A DNA stretch of 64,000 bases from assembly GCA_000004695.1 (NCBI GenBank), contig CM000150.2:3648001-3712000 (forward strand). Reading direction: 5' to 3'. The notes under the pieces are model-generated. The model had not been told where the DNA came from. It searched no databases and was given only the letters and a program-made list of their open reading frames with translations. A program made the position numbers and the translations under genes. Each line of letters starts with the position of its first letter. Position 1 is the first letter of the stretch. This DNA is from Dictyostelium discoideum. Its lineage: Eukaryota. Of the stretch, positions 27,572 to 40,410 are shown in pieces.

Positions 27572-28516
27572 TTAAACAATGAGTTGATATTTATTTTGTT
27601 TATTCTTTTTATCTTTTGGTATAAATAGAAATGAGATACCACCAACTATAAAAAAGAAAGCAATTGCATTTAATAACCAACCTAAATGTGGTCTATAATA
27701 AGTTGTATCAGTTGAACCAATAAATTCCAATGCACTATTTGCATTATAACCAATACTATCTTGATCATCATTGACACTAGTGCTACTACTACTACTACTA
27801 CTACTTGAACTATTTTGAGGTGTAATTAAACAGTTTCCTAATAAATTACATTCTTTATCGAAATATTGTCTAAATGATAATAGATATAATACAGAACCAA
27901 TATTGAATACTAAACAAATGAAACCAACAACTTTTGATAGAATACACATTAAGAATGCATTGTGTTTACTTTTAACTTTTAAATTTATTAATTGTAATAT
28001 TAATATTACAAAATTACAACATAATGATACTATTGAACATGTTAAACATATTAAAAAAACATCTTGGGTATCAATTGCTTTGTCATACCCAATATCCTTT
28101 ATAAATGTTGATGAATAATCATTTGATTTTTTATATGATCTTAAAGATAGTAAATATGATGTTGACCATTTAGATGTTTGTTGTTCTTGCTGTGGTGGTA
28201 TATCAACTGATGATGATTGGTTTCCAATTATATAATTTTCAATTTCAATATTTGTATATCTAAAATAATAAATCTCATTATCTGAAAATTTAATTTTATA
28301 CCAATATGCTAATTTTTTAATTTTTTAATTTTTTATTTTATTTTATTTTATTTTTCCATATTGGAATTAAAACTATTAAAACTTTATTTAATTTTTTAAA
28401 AATTTAATTTTTTTTTTTTTTTTTTTTTATCACATACATTGTAATGAAATTGAAAATAAAATAAAAGAGCCTACAAATAATAATATTGTAATTATATCTT
28501 TTTTTAATTTTTGCAT
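27572..28516 (-). CDS. Hypothetical multi-pass membrane protein with N-terminal signal/anchor; exons 28516..28438 and 28308..27572
   Basis: ATG at 28516 (MQKLKKDIITILLFVGSFILFSISLQ) is followed by a GTATGT donor, a 129-nt intron and a ttag acceptor. Exon 2 reads in frame through three further hydrophobic helices (VFLICLTCSIVSLCCNFVILILQLINL; FLMCILSKVVGFICLVFNIGSVLYLL; LGWLLNAIAFFFIVGGISFLFI) and a poly-Ser loop. This gives a 4-TM topology (PMP22/claudin-like fold is a guess only). Confidence 0.5.
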
Positions 28517-28958
28517 TTTATTTTTTTATTATTTTTTGTTAATTAAAAATTCTTTTTTTTTTTTTTTTTTTTTTTTTAAAATTAAATTTAAAAAAAAAAA
28601 AAAATAAATAAAATAAGAAAAAAATATAAGAATTAATTTAATGAATGGTTTATATTTTTTTTTTTTATTTTATTTTTTTATTTTTTTTTTTTTATTTTTT
28701 TTATTTTTTATTTTAATTTTTATTAAACAATTAAAAATTATACCCCTACAACCACACATACATACACCACTTGATTTCAGTTTTTTTTTAATTATTTTAT
28801 TTTTTTTTCTTTATTTTTTTACCTTTTTTATAAAAAAAATTAATTGGTTGGGGGACACACACTTTTTAGAATAATCTATTTTTAAAACAATTTTTTTATT
28901 TTTTTATTTTTTATTTTATTTATTTTTTTTATTTGTTTTTTAATCTTTTTATTTATTT

Positions 28959-31900
28959 TTACATATCAAAAGTAAATCTTGGTTGAATATTAATAAATGG
29001 AAACATATTTGAAGAAAGAGTTGTATATTTTCTATTATTTGGATATTGTAAAGGATATTTTTTAATTAATTCTAAATAAGTTTCATTGATTGATTGATAA
29101 CGTGATATTAAAGAATGATCATTAATCATTTCTTCAAATCTTTCCTTATTTATATCTTTTCCATATGGTATTGGTAAAATTGAAGATTTTATAAATAAAA
29201 CAACATCATCATTTTTTTGACAAGATACTATTAATGCTAACCCAGAATGATTTGTATGTGAACTAAATTGTAAATCATCATCATCATCATCATCATCACC
29301 ATTACCATCATTACCATTATTATTATTATTACCATTTTCTTGATTTTCTTGATTATTATTAAAATTAAAATTTTCTTTAAAAAATTTTAAATCAAAAGAA
29401 ATTAATTTAAAACCTTTTGAAATATTTTTAAGTATTCTTCTTTGATATCTAATATCGCCATTTAACATCCAACTTTCTTTTGAAAGGAAATCACATCTAT
29501 AATTGATTGATTGGATAGAGTTGAATAGAGTTTGAATATTTTCACCATCAAATATGAAACCATTTGAATGAATATCACAACAAACCAAAATATGATTCTT
29601 ATTAACATACGGTTCTAAATGGAATTTTAAATGTCTAAAAGGATAATGTTTTGATAATACTATTGAACCTGATAAAGTTTTACAAATTGAATATTGGTTC
29701 CATTGATTTGAGAGTTTTAAAAATTTAATAAAATTTTGAATTCTATTAATAATTTCATCTTTTTCTAAACCATAAAAAAATATATCAATTTCAGTATCTT
29801 GAAAATTTGATTTATATTTTTCACCCAATAAACACATTGTTATAAAATTACCAGATATAACTGTATTTGACCAATTGAATCCGTAATTATTTAAAAGTCT
29901 ATAGTTTGATTCTTGATTAAATAATTTTAAAAATTCAATTTTATTAACAATTGATGGTTTTCCAATTGATATATCTTGATCAATCTTACAATCATTACCA
30001 TTACCATTACCATTACCTTGACAATAATAGTTTTGGGAATTCTCTTTTTTAATAATATTAATAATTTGTTCTTTAAATGGCCATTCTTTTAAAATGAATA
30101 AATCTAAATTTTCATAAACATTTATCATAAAATCTTGACTATATTGTAAATTAAAAATATCTTGAGAAATTGATTTTTCATATAAAAATGAAAACCAACT
30201 ATTATGTTGATTTGATGAAATTATCATTTTATCAATTGATGGTAATTTAATTGAAACATTTTTAAAATATTTAATTTCTTGAATTTTATCAACTAATATT
30301 TTTAAACAATAAAATCCATTTGGTGTTTTATCTCTTTTACAATTTTTTATTAAATCTTCAATTAAATCAATTGGTAATTTAATTAAATATTCATTTAAAT
30401 AATTTGAATTACTAAATTAATTAATAAAATGAAATAAAAAAATTAATAAATTAATAAATTATTATTATTTATTTTTTTGATTTTTTTATTTTATATAAAA
30501 TAAATTAAAACTTACATTAACATTAATTCTCTTATTACTGAAAAAATAATATTTTTTAAATTTGGAATTTTATTTTTTAATGGCCAATTATTATCAACTA
30601 TTTTATATTGATATGGATTTAATTTTTTATCTCTTTTTTCTTTTTTTGATAATGGAAATAATTCTAATAATTGTTTTTTTATTTCATCATTTTCATTATT
30701 ATTATTATTATTTGAATTATTATTATTATTATTATTATTATTATTTAAATTATTACTATTATTATTATTTAAATTATTATTTAAATTAAAATTAAAATTT
30801 AAACCAGTTTTATTAAAAAATTTCTTTTTAAAATTATTAATTGAATCTAAAATATCTTGTGAAGAATATTCTATTCTACTTGAAACCATATCATTTTCTT
30901 TTCCTTCAAAACAAATCACTGAATATTTTTCGATTGAATTTGGTTGTGGTATTACTAATTTACAAAATGTTATTTGTTTATTTTTATTTTTTCTAATTAA
31001 ATTTACACTAAATTTAATTTTATTCTCTTCATTATTTTCTTCATTATTATTAATTAATTCATTATTATTATTATCATTATTAATATTTTCATTATTAATA
31101 TTATTATTATTATTATTTAAATTATTATTTAAATTATTATTAAAATTATTTTGATTTAATGATAAAATATTTCTATTAATTAAACAAATTGAATTAAAAT
31201 ACATTTCAAAGTATAGGTTATTTTTTTTAATTAAATTTCTTAAAATTTGAAAAGTTTTAGTTGAACGATCATATTGGGAAACTTTAAATAAATGTGGAAT
31301 ACGATTATTAAATTTACAAAGTGAAGATTTTAAAAATTGTAATGGATAACCCATTGTGATTAAAGAGAATTGTGAATAATTCTCTGAAAGATATTCTAAA
31401 CTACCCTTATCAACACCAACTTTTGGTGAAACTAAACCAAAGAAATTAAATGGTGATTGAATGTATTGTTCATATTCAAATTGAGTTAGAATTGATTTAA
31501 TTTTTTCATTTCTTTCTTTAATTGATTTTTGAGGTTGTTGTAAATATTGATTTGATTGCTTTAAAAGTATTTCAAATACTTGTTTAGCTTTATTATATCT
31601 TTGTTGAACTAATTTCAATTGATTTTTATGTTTTTCATCCATTTCAAATGAAACCACTAAATTATCAACAATAACCCGATGTTTAAAATCACCACCACCA
31701 CTGCAAACACTATTCAATCCTTTTAATTTTTCATTAATTTCATTATCTTCACTTGAATTTGAATTGGTCATAATTATTATAATTTCTTCTTCTTCCTCAT
31801 TATCTTCTGCAAATGAATTTTCAATAAATTCTTGTGACATTTGAATAATTGGTGATGAAGGTGGTGATGGTGGTATATTTTCAATTTCAAATTGAAGTTC

Positions 31901-32023
31901 TTCTTGTTGTTGTTGATTTTTTTGATTTATTGATTTTTCTTTTTTTAAATTATTATTATTATTACTATTAATTCCTAGTTGTTCATTTAAATAATTTTTT
32001 ATTATTTTTTGATATTGTTCCAT
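28959..32023 (-). CDS. Large hypothetical protein (about 986 aa) with N-rich linkers; exons 32023..30516 and 30411..28959
   Basis: The 503-aa ORF (ATG at 32023) ends at a GTAAGT donor (30515). A 104-nt AT-rich intron and a tttag acceptor restore the frame into the 422-aa ORF region, whose upstream part is open but contains no Met. The total of 2961 nt is an exact multiple of 3. I recognise no domain. Confidence 0.55.
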
Positions 32024-32487
32024 TTTTTTTATTTTTTTTTTTTATTTTTTGAATTTTATTATTTGTAAATTAATTAATTAATTTTATTATTATAAAAATT
32101 TATTTATTATAAAAAAAAATGAAATAAAAAATTTTTTTTTATATTTTCTTTTATTTTCTTTTTTTTAATTTTTTTTTAATTTTTTTTTTTTAGATATCAA
32201 AACATAACTGAATTTAAAAAATAAAAACCAAAGCGAAATTTAAAAGATTTTTACAAAATCTAAAAAAGGAATAAATATTTTTTTTTTTTTTTTTTTTTTT
32301 TATTTAAAAAAAATATAATTTTTTTTTTTTATTTACATTTTTAAAAGATTTTTAATTTTATTTATATATTTATTTTATATATTTATTTTTTAAAATTTCT
32401 AAAGATTTTTTTTTTTTAAAACAATGTTTTTTTTTTTTTTTTTTTTATTTATTTAAAACTTTTTATTTATTTATTACAGATCCTAAT

Positions 32488-32531
<44 letters not shown>

Positions 32532-32863
32532 TTTTTTTTTTTTTTTTAATATTAATAAAAAATAAAAACCCTTTAAACCAAAAAATTTAATCACAACATA
32601 ATCACCTTTTTATATTAATTAATAAAAATTAAATGATGAATATGAGAACAAATATATTTTATTCACGAAACCAACGAAGGGTTATTTTTATTCCCGAAAT
32701 TTCTTTTTAAAAAAAAAAAAAAAAAAAAATTTTATTCCGGCAAAATGGAAATTTACAATTTTTAATATTCCAATTTTTGTTATGTGATTTTGTGATTTTT
32801 ATTTTTTTTTTTTTTTTTTATTTTTTTTTTTTTTATTAAATTTTTTTTTTTTTTTATCCACCC

Positions 32864-32897
<34 letters not shown>

Positions 32898-32973
32898 CCT
32901 CAAATCATTTTTAAAAATACTACTTAACCCTTTAATTTAAAATTATTTTATAACTATCAATTTAAATATATAT

Positions 32974-33005
<32 letters not shown>

Positions 33006-33010
33006 TTAAA

Positions 33011-34051
33011 ATGTCATCAAATAATTTAATTACATTACATAGATGGTTATTATCAGATACTCATAAGAATATGGAGAATAAATTAGAAATGGCAAATTTA
33101 TTCTCAGGTATAGCATTGGCATGTAAAATTACAAATAATGCAATAAAGAGAGCAGGTTTTGAAAGTAATTTCGGTTTAGCAGGTATAACCAATGTTCATA
33201 GTGAAGATGTAAAGAAATTAGATGTCATTGCAAACGATGCCTTCAAGATGGCATTAAAATCAACGCGTGAAGTATTTTGCATGGTATCAGAGGAAGAAGA
33301 TTCAATCATTCCAGTATCACAATCACAAGCAGGTAAATATGTTGTTGCATTCGATCCATTAGATGGCTCAAGTAATTTAGATTGTAATGTCTCTGTTGGC
33401 TCGATCTTTTCAATTTGGCCAAAGGCATCAAAGGATCACAACTATTCAAACGATGATGTACTTAGAAAGGGTCGTGACATGACTGCTGCCGGCTATGCCC
33501 TCTATGGCAGTGCCACCATGTTGGTATTGACATTTGGCCAAGGTGTCTATGGCTTCACTTTGGATAACCATATTGGTGAATTTGTTTTAACTCATGTCGA
33601 AATGAGAATTCGTACCAAAGGTTCAATCTATTCAATCAATGAAGGTAATTCAGTCTTTTGGGATAAAGCCACCCAAGAATACGTTAAAGCTATTAAATCT
33701 GGTGCTGATGGTCGTGCTCCTTACTCTTCAAGATACATTGGTAGTATGGTCTCTGATATTCATCGTACTCTCCTCTATGGTGGTATCTTTATGTATCCAG
33801 GTGATACCAAATCTCCAAATGGTAAATTAAGATATCTCTACGAAGTTGCTCCACTCTCTTTCATTATGGAACAAGCAGCTGGTAAATCAACTAATGGTTC
33901 TTCACCTTGTCTTGACATGATTCCAAAATCAATTCATGAAAGAGTACCAGTTTTCATGGGTTCTCCAGCTTGTATAGATGAACTTTTAGCTTTTCAAAAG
34001 AAATTTAATCATAATCATAGTACTACTTCACAACATGAAAAAGATAATTAA
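33011..34051 (+). CDS. fbp: Fructose-1,6-bisphosphatase class 1
   Basis: Intronless 346-aa ORF with the FBPase signatures (…[12 protein letters not shown]…, [21 protein letters not shown]…) conserved across its length. Confidence 0.93.
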
Positions 34052-34320
34052 TAAATAATAAATAATAAATAATAAAATGTAAAAAAAAAATAAAAAATAA
34101 AAAATAAAAATAAAATCTATTTTTAAAAATAAAAATAAAAATAAAATTAAAATTAAAATCTATTTTTAAAAATAATTATTTTTTTTTATTTTTTATTTTT
34201 ATTTTTTATTATTCCCAAAGTTTCGTTTTTAATATTTTCATTTTTATAAATATTTTTTTTTTTATTTTTTATTATTTTTATTTTTTTTTTTTTTTTTTTT
34301 CATATTTCAAACTTTTAAAA

Positions 34321-34535
34321 ATGACACATAATAACGATAAAGATATTACATTATTACTTGGTAAAAAGTTATTAATGGGATGGTCAATGTTAAATAATGT
34401 TTGTAAAGATTGTAAAATTGTTCCATTGGTAGAAAATAAAAAAGATAATATAATTTTATGTGTATCATGTGAAAGAAAATTGAAAAGAGATGAAAATGGT
34501 GAAATTTTAGATGAAAAAAAATCAACACCTTCAAA

Positions 34536-34567
<32 letters not shown>

Positions 34568-35577
34568 CTTCTTCTTCCTCAACAACAACTACACCATCTT
34601 CTTCAAATACTTCAACACCAATTCCAACAACTACAACTATTACAAATATAACTAAACCACAACTACAACCACAACACGCAACAACAACAACTATTAAAAA
34701 TGATACAAAACAAATTGATATGAAATATTATGATGATGATTATTTTGATGATTATGATGAAGATGATACACCATTGACAGAGGAGGAAAAAATAGCAATT
34801 GAAAAAAGATTAAAAAAATCTGATGAATTTAGTTCAAAAATGGGTGAATTTCTATTAAAAGGTTGGTCACTTCTTTCAGATAGTTGCCCAAATAATGAAT
34901 GTTATGGTGTACCTTTAATGAAAGATAGAGAAAAGAAATTTTATTGTGTTTCTTGTAAAATGTCTGGTTTAGAAATTGATGATTTAATTCAAAAATTACC
35001 TTTAACTACTTCTACTGAATCACCAACAACATCGCCAACTTCAACTACTACAACAACAACAACAACAACCACCCCAAATAATAAAACAAATCCAATAATA
35101 GAAAAACAACAAATTAAAGAACTACAACAACAACCACAACAACCACAACAACCACAACAACCACAACAACCACAACAAAATTTAATTAGATCAACAAATA
35201 CACCAATAATTGTTGAAAATATTACACCAATTAAAAATACATTAACAAATAATAGTACATTCTCACCACCATATCCAGAACCAGACCAAAAGAAACAAAG
35301 AATGACTGGTACAACTCCACAAAAATTAAATAATAGTAGTAATAATCAATCATTTTTGTCAACATCCTCTGTTAATAATAATAGTTCAATTTTAAATGAT
35401 GAAATCCAAGAATTACCAGATTTCACTGACAATACATTATCAATACTTTTCGAAAAATTAAAAGATGCTCAAAATCAATTAGTTACAACCAACAATATTC
35501 ATTATTGTTCATTAATTAGAGAATATACCTCAACAATTTCATCTTTATTAGAATTAAAAAAACATTGGACAATGTAA
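34321..35577 (+). CDS. SSSCA1 (Sjoegren syndrome/scleroderma autoantigen p27) family zinc-finger protein with two p27 modules
   Basis: Two copies of the LL.GW..L...C..C..PL…C..C module (LLMGWSMLNNVCKDCKIVPLVE…ILCVSCERK; LLKGWSLLSDSCPNNECYGVPLMKDREKKFYCVSCKMSG), separated by Ser/Thr and PQQ-repeat linkers. Confidence 0.7.
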
Positions 35578-35671
35578 TAATAATGACATCTAATAAAAAA
35601 TAAAACAAAAAAAAAGAAAATTAAAAAAAAAATTAAAAAAAAAAAAAAAGATACCCAATAACCATTTATTT

Positions 35672-35708
<37 letters not shown>

Positions 35709-35817
35709 TTATTTATTTGTTTATTTATTTGGGTTTTTTTTTTTTTCCTTTTTTTTTTTTTTTTTCTTTTAAAATTTTTTTTTTTTTAATTATTATTATT
35801 ATTATTATTATAATTAT

Positions 35818-37303
35818 TTAATATGGTTTGAATTTTCTTGCAGCAGTAACTTTAGAAATTCTTTGTTTATCTTCTTCGAATTTTTGTCTTAAAACATCTA
35901 ATTCATCCTTTTTAGTTTGTCTATGTTGGAAGGCATAGAAATTCTTCTTTTCTTTCTTTTCCATTAAAGCTTTAACTTCTTCAGCTGTCATTACTTTAGC
36001 ACTTGATGGTCCAACTGTAATGAAACCTTCTTCATCTGGTACATTTCTTAATTTTGATCTCTTCTTACTTTCCAATACTCTCTTATCATAATCAATCATA
36101 ATATTATCTAATTTAGTTTGTAATTCATCATAATCTACAATAATCTTTGAATTATATTGATTTAATAAATCTAAAAAATAATAAAAAAGAAAAAAAATAA
36201 AAAAATAAAAAAAAAAGTTAGTTTCTACACATATATATAATAAATTATAAATTTTAAATAATTTTTAAATACAATTTTACATACAATTAAAACCATTTAA
36301 TGGTAAAGATGGTTGTTGAATTGATAAAGAATGTGATTTCTTTAAGAATAATTTTAAAGAATCTTGATCATTCATTACGATATGAGCAACATGTTTTGTA
36401 GATTCATCGATTTGTTCTGGTGATGAATCATCAGTTTGTTGTTGAGTATCATTATTTTTAAGATTTGGTTGACCGAAATGAACAGATTCAATGAAATCAT
36501 ATTTAAATAATTTTTTAACATCTTCTAAACTTTGACAATGAGTTGGCAAATTTGTAACAAATAAAGTTTTATTTTGTGGCCATTTCTTATTAGTTTCTTT
36601 TTTAATATATATATATTTTTTAAATGTTGAATTTTCAATTTGTACTGGTAAAATTGTAAATCCACTAATTGTATTTTCTATTTTCTTTTCTTTCTTTTTA
36701 ATTGGACTTATTTCTTCATCTGATGACGAATCATCTGATGATGATGAATCTGATTCAACAACTTGTTTCTTTTTATTATTATTATTATTATTATTATTCT
36801 TTTTTTCTTTTACAATTTTTGGTTTTTGTTCTTCTTCAACAATTGGTTCTTCTTCTTTTTGAATGATTGGTTCCTCTTCAATAATTGGTTTTTCAATTTT
36901 ATTGGTTTTTTTATTCTTTTTATCTGTTGTTGTTGGTGTTGGTATTGGTATTGGTGTTGGTGTTGGTGTTGGAGTTGGTGTAGTTTGTTTTTCTTTTTTA
37001 GTTACAGATAATTTCTTTGAAGATTTAATTAGTTCTTCAACTACTGGTTCTATAATTTCTTGTTGTAATTTTTCTTCTTCTTTTTGTTTTTTAGATAAAG
37101 GTGGTGTTGGTTTTGGATCTTTTTTTATTGATTTAATAATTAATGGTTTGTCAGAAATTTTTAAAGTTTTATTGAATAATTGAGTTTGATTTTTTTCAGT
37201 CTGTATTATAACTTTCTTTTTTTCAACTTTTTCAATTTTTTTCTTTTTTAAAATTGATTTTGTTACTATTGGTGATATAGTTTCTTTTAAATCTTCATTA
37301 TTT

Positions 37304-37341
<38 letters not shown>

Positions 37342-37422
37342 TACAATTTCTTCAGTTGGTGATGTGGTTTCAGTTTTTTTTTTTAATGCAAATTTTTTAA
37401 TTGGCTTTGATTTGATAACCAT
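35818..37422 (-). CDS. RRP7 (ribosomal RNA-processing protein 7) homolog; exons 37422..36285 and 36170..35818
   Basis: The C-terminal exon ends …NFYAFQHRQTKKDELDVLRQKFEEDKQRISKVTAARKFKPY*, the diagnostic RRP7 C-terminal domain. The upstream exon carries the RRM-like region (GFTILPVQ…TLFVTNLPTHCQSLEDVKKLF…IESVHF). There is a GTATGT donor at 36284 and a ttttttag acceptor at 36171-36172, with phase 1 consistent (1491 nt total). ATG at 37422 (MVIKSKP…). The roughly 300-aa K/E/P/T-rich N-terminal extension is unusual, so the true start or an extra intron is uncertain. Confidence 0.75.
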
Positions 37423-37510
37423 TTTCTTCTTTTTTTCTTTTAAAAAAAAACAATATAAAAATTTATATACAAAATAGTTTTTATCACCAAGTAAAAGCAA
37501 TGAAATAAAA

Positions 37511-37552
<42 letters not shown>

Positions 37553-37707
37553 GATTCTTTCGTTTTTTTAGAAAAAAAAAATAAAAAATAAAAATAAAAT
37601 AAAAATAAAAACAAAAAAAAAAAAAATTAAATTTAAATAAAATTTAATTATAGAAATAAAAATAACCTTGAAAAAAAAAATAAATAATTTTCATCTATTT
37701 CATAAAA

Positions 37708-38529
37708 ATGACAGATATTAATCGTCATAGATATAGAGATAGAAGTGATAGTAGAAGTAGAGAAAGATATGAAAATAGACATAAATTATATAGAGATAGA
37801 AGTAGAAGTAGAAGTAGAAGCATAGATAAAGAAAGATATCATGAATCTGATAGACATAGATTATACAGAGATAGAAGTAAAAGTAGAGAAAGAGATAGAA
37901 TAAATACTAAACATGATAAAAATAATCTAGAAATAGATAAGAAAAGGAATACTGAAAGAGATGAAAATAAATATAGAGATAGAGATAAAAATAGAGGTAG
38001 AAGTAGAAGTAGAAGTAAAAGTAGAGAAAGATATAAAAAATATAAAAGAAATAGAAGTAGGTCTTCATCATCCTCATCATCCTCTTCATCTTCATCATCC
38101 TCATCTTCATCATCATCTAATGAAAGAAAAAAGAGAAAGAAGAAAAAGAAAGAAGAAAAGAGAAAAAGAAAAAAAGAAAAAAAAGAAAAAAAAGAAGAAA
38201 AAGAATTAAAAAAGAAATTAAAAAAAGATTCAAAAAAATCATCATCAACAGTTTCAACAACCACAACAACAACAACAACAGCAGCAGCAGCATCAGCAAC
38301 AAACACATCTAATTTAGTCAACAACAATAATAATAAAAAAAAAATGGGACCCATATCTGATGAAGATTATGAAAAGTTGAAAAATTCGTATAGAGAAGTA
38401 TTTGATGAAGATAGTGGTCGTACTAGAGTTGTGAATGGTAATGGTGAAATCGTTGAAAGAATAGTTAGTCGTGAACAACATAAAGCAATCAATTATATTG
38501 CTACTCACCACCCAACTCAATTTAAATAA
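37708..38529 (+). CDS. Arginine/serine-rich protein, ARL6IP4 (SR-25/SRrp37)-like
   Basis: The N-terminus has RS/RD/RE dipeptide repeats, a poly-Ser run and a K/E-rich stretch. The C-terminal block GPISDEDYEKLKNSYREVFDEDSGRTRVVNGNGEIVERIVSREQHKAINYIAT matches the conserved ARL6IP4 C-terminal domain. Confidence 0.7.
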   Translation: MTDINRHRYRDRSDSRSRERYENRHKLYRDRSRSRSRSIDKERYHESDRHRLYRDRSKSRERDRINTKHDKNNLEIDKKRNTERDENKYRDRDKNRGRSRSRSKSRERYKKYKRNRSRSSSSSSSSSSSSSSSSSSSNERKKRKKKKKEEKRKRKKEKKEKKEEKELKKKLKKDSKKSSSTVSTTTTTTTTAAAASATNTSNLVNNNNNKKKMGPISDEDYEKLKNSYREVFDEDSGRTRVVNGNGEIVERIVSREQHKAINYIATHHPTQFK

Positions 38530-38673
38530 TAATAATAATTTTCTTTTTTTTTTTATTTATTTTATTTTATTTTATCACAATAAATATTGAAAAATGTTAA
38601 ATTTTTTATTTTTTTTTCCAATGTTTAACATTTTTTTTTTTCCAAGATTTGAATTAAATTTACATTTTTTATT

Positions 38674-39119
38674 TTATTGAGCAGATGAACAAGTATTTGT
38701 TAGAAAAATTTCATGAGTTTCTGAGGAACCAGAAGTTTGAGAAGTAGTTGAAGAAGCACCTGAATTATTACCACCTGTATCACCACTTGTTGAAGATTGA
38801 GTAGTACCACCACTCAAATCTCCACTTGTACCTGTTGAGCTACCACCATCATCTGGATTACCAGTTGAAGTACCTGTTGGGTTACCACTATCTGGATTGT
38901 CACCAGTTGAACTACCTGTTGAACTACCACCATCTGGATTATCACCAGTGTAAGTTCCAGTTGAATCAGCACCAGTTGAATCAGCACTTGTTGGATTTGC
39001 AGTAGTTGGTTGAGCAGTGGTTACACCTGATGCAGTATCACCTGAACCACTACCAAATAATACTAAATCATTGAAATTAATTAATGGTGCATTACCAAAA
39101 CCACCACCACCACCACCCA

Positions 39120-39162
<43 letters not shown>

Positions 39163-39885
39163 AATATTTCCTTTACTTTTACCTTTACTTTTATCAATAA
39201 CATTTTGACCAGAAGTTCCAGAATATGAAGATTCTGAAGAACCATTAATAAAAGGTCTAAACATATCACAAGAATCACCTTTTAAAATTATACCATTTGA
39301 ATCATCCATCATTTCAGGTAAACCATTTGGCATACAATAATAAGTGTATGCAACTTTACCAGGTGCAATTGCAACGGTTTCATTGGTTAAAAATTCATAT
39401 GCAATCACAGTACCAGAACAACTATCTAATCTTTGAGTTACAAGATATAAACTTTTTGCTGGATAAATTGGTGATGTTGAAATTTGAACTTTATAATCAT
39501 AGACTTGAGTTGGTAATCTAGTTGGATTAAATATTATATCACCCCCTTTATCACAACCCATATTTGTATATCTATAAGGTGATGTTGAATTACGATTGCT
39601 TGCTTTACAAACTCCCTTATATTTTGTACCAGTAATTGATCCTGTATTTTGATTCCATGAAAATTCCCATGATGTTGTATAACCATCAAATGAAATACAT
39701 GTATCTAAAGCAATTGAATATCCAAGACCATTAACTATACTTTGACAATTAAATCCATTTTTAAATGGTATAAAATTTACAAAAATTGGTGATTCTTTAT
39801 TAAATTTTATTGCTTTTGTTTTTGTTATTATTATAGTTAATATTAATAATAATAAAACAAAATTTAATAATGAAATTAATTTCAT
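38674..39885 (-). CDS. Secreted Cys-containing glycoprotein-like protein with a Ser/Thr/Gly-rich TGDNPD-repeat tail
   Basis: ATG at 39885 followed by a signal peptide (MKLISLLNFVLLLLILTIIITKTKA). There is a roughly 230-aa cysteine-containing globular domain with several N-glycosylation sequons, then poly-N, poly-G and the repeats STG(T/S)STGDNPD(G/S)G. The track start at 40029 is a poly-T read-through. Confidence 0.6.
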
Positions 39886-39909
39886 ATTTTTAAAATTTGT
39901 TTTTTTAAA

Positions 39910-39947
<38 letters not shown>

Positions 39948-39971
39948 ATAAATAAAAAAAGGTGATCAGTG

Positions 39972-40028
<57 letters not shown>

Positions 40029-40410
40029 AAAACGGGACCTTGGAATATAAATAAAAAAAAAATAAAAAAATAATTTAAAAAAAAAAAAATATCTTGTGTC
40101 GTAAAATATTTTTATTATTTTTTCGAGCAAAAAAAAAATTGCACGTTAGGTATAAAAATGAAAATATTAACTAATGTTAACTAATTTATTATAAATTGGA
40201 TTTACTTAAGATTTCTTTTTTTTTTTTTAAATTTTTAAATTTTATTTGTTTTATTTTTATATTTTTTTAACAATGCACTGCGCGTAATTTTATTTTAAAA
40301 AATTTTTTTTTTTTTTTTTTTATATAATTATATTTTATGTGAAAAAAAAAAAAAAAAAAAACTGGAAATTAATTAATTATTTTTTTTTATTTTTTTATTT
40401 ATTTATTTAT

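Noticed and set aside
30562-30789. Plus-strand poly-Tyr/Leu ORF and similar (8125..8445, 36763..37183, 37839..38354)
   Set aside because: They are shadows on the opposite strand of AAT/GAA/AGA-rich coding regions of the minus- or plus-strand genes annotated above.
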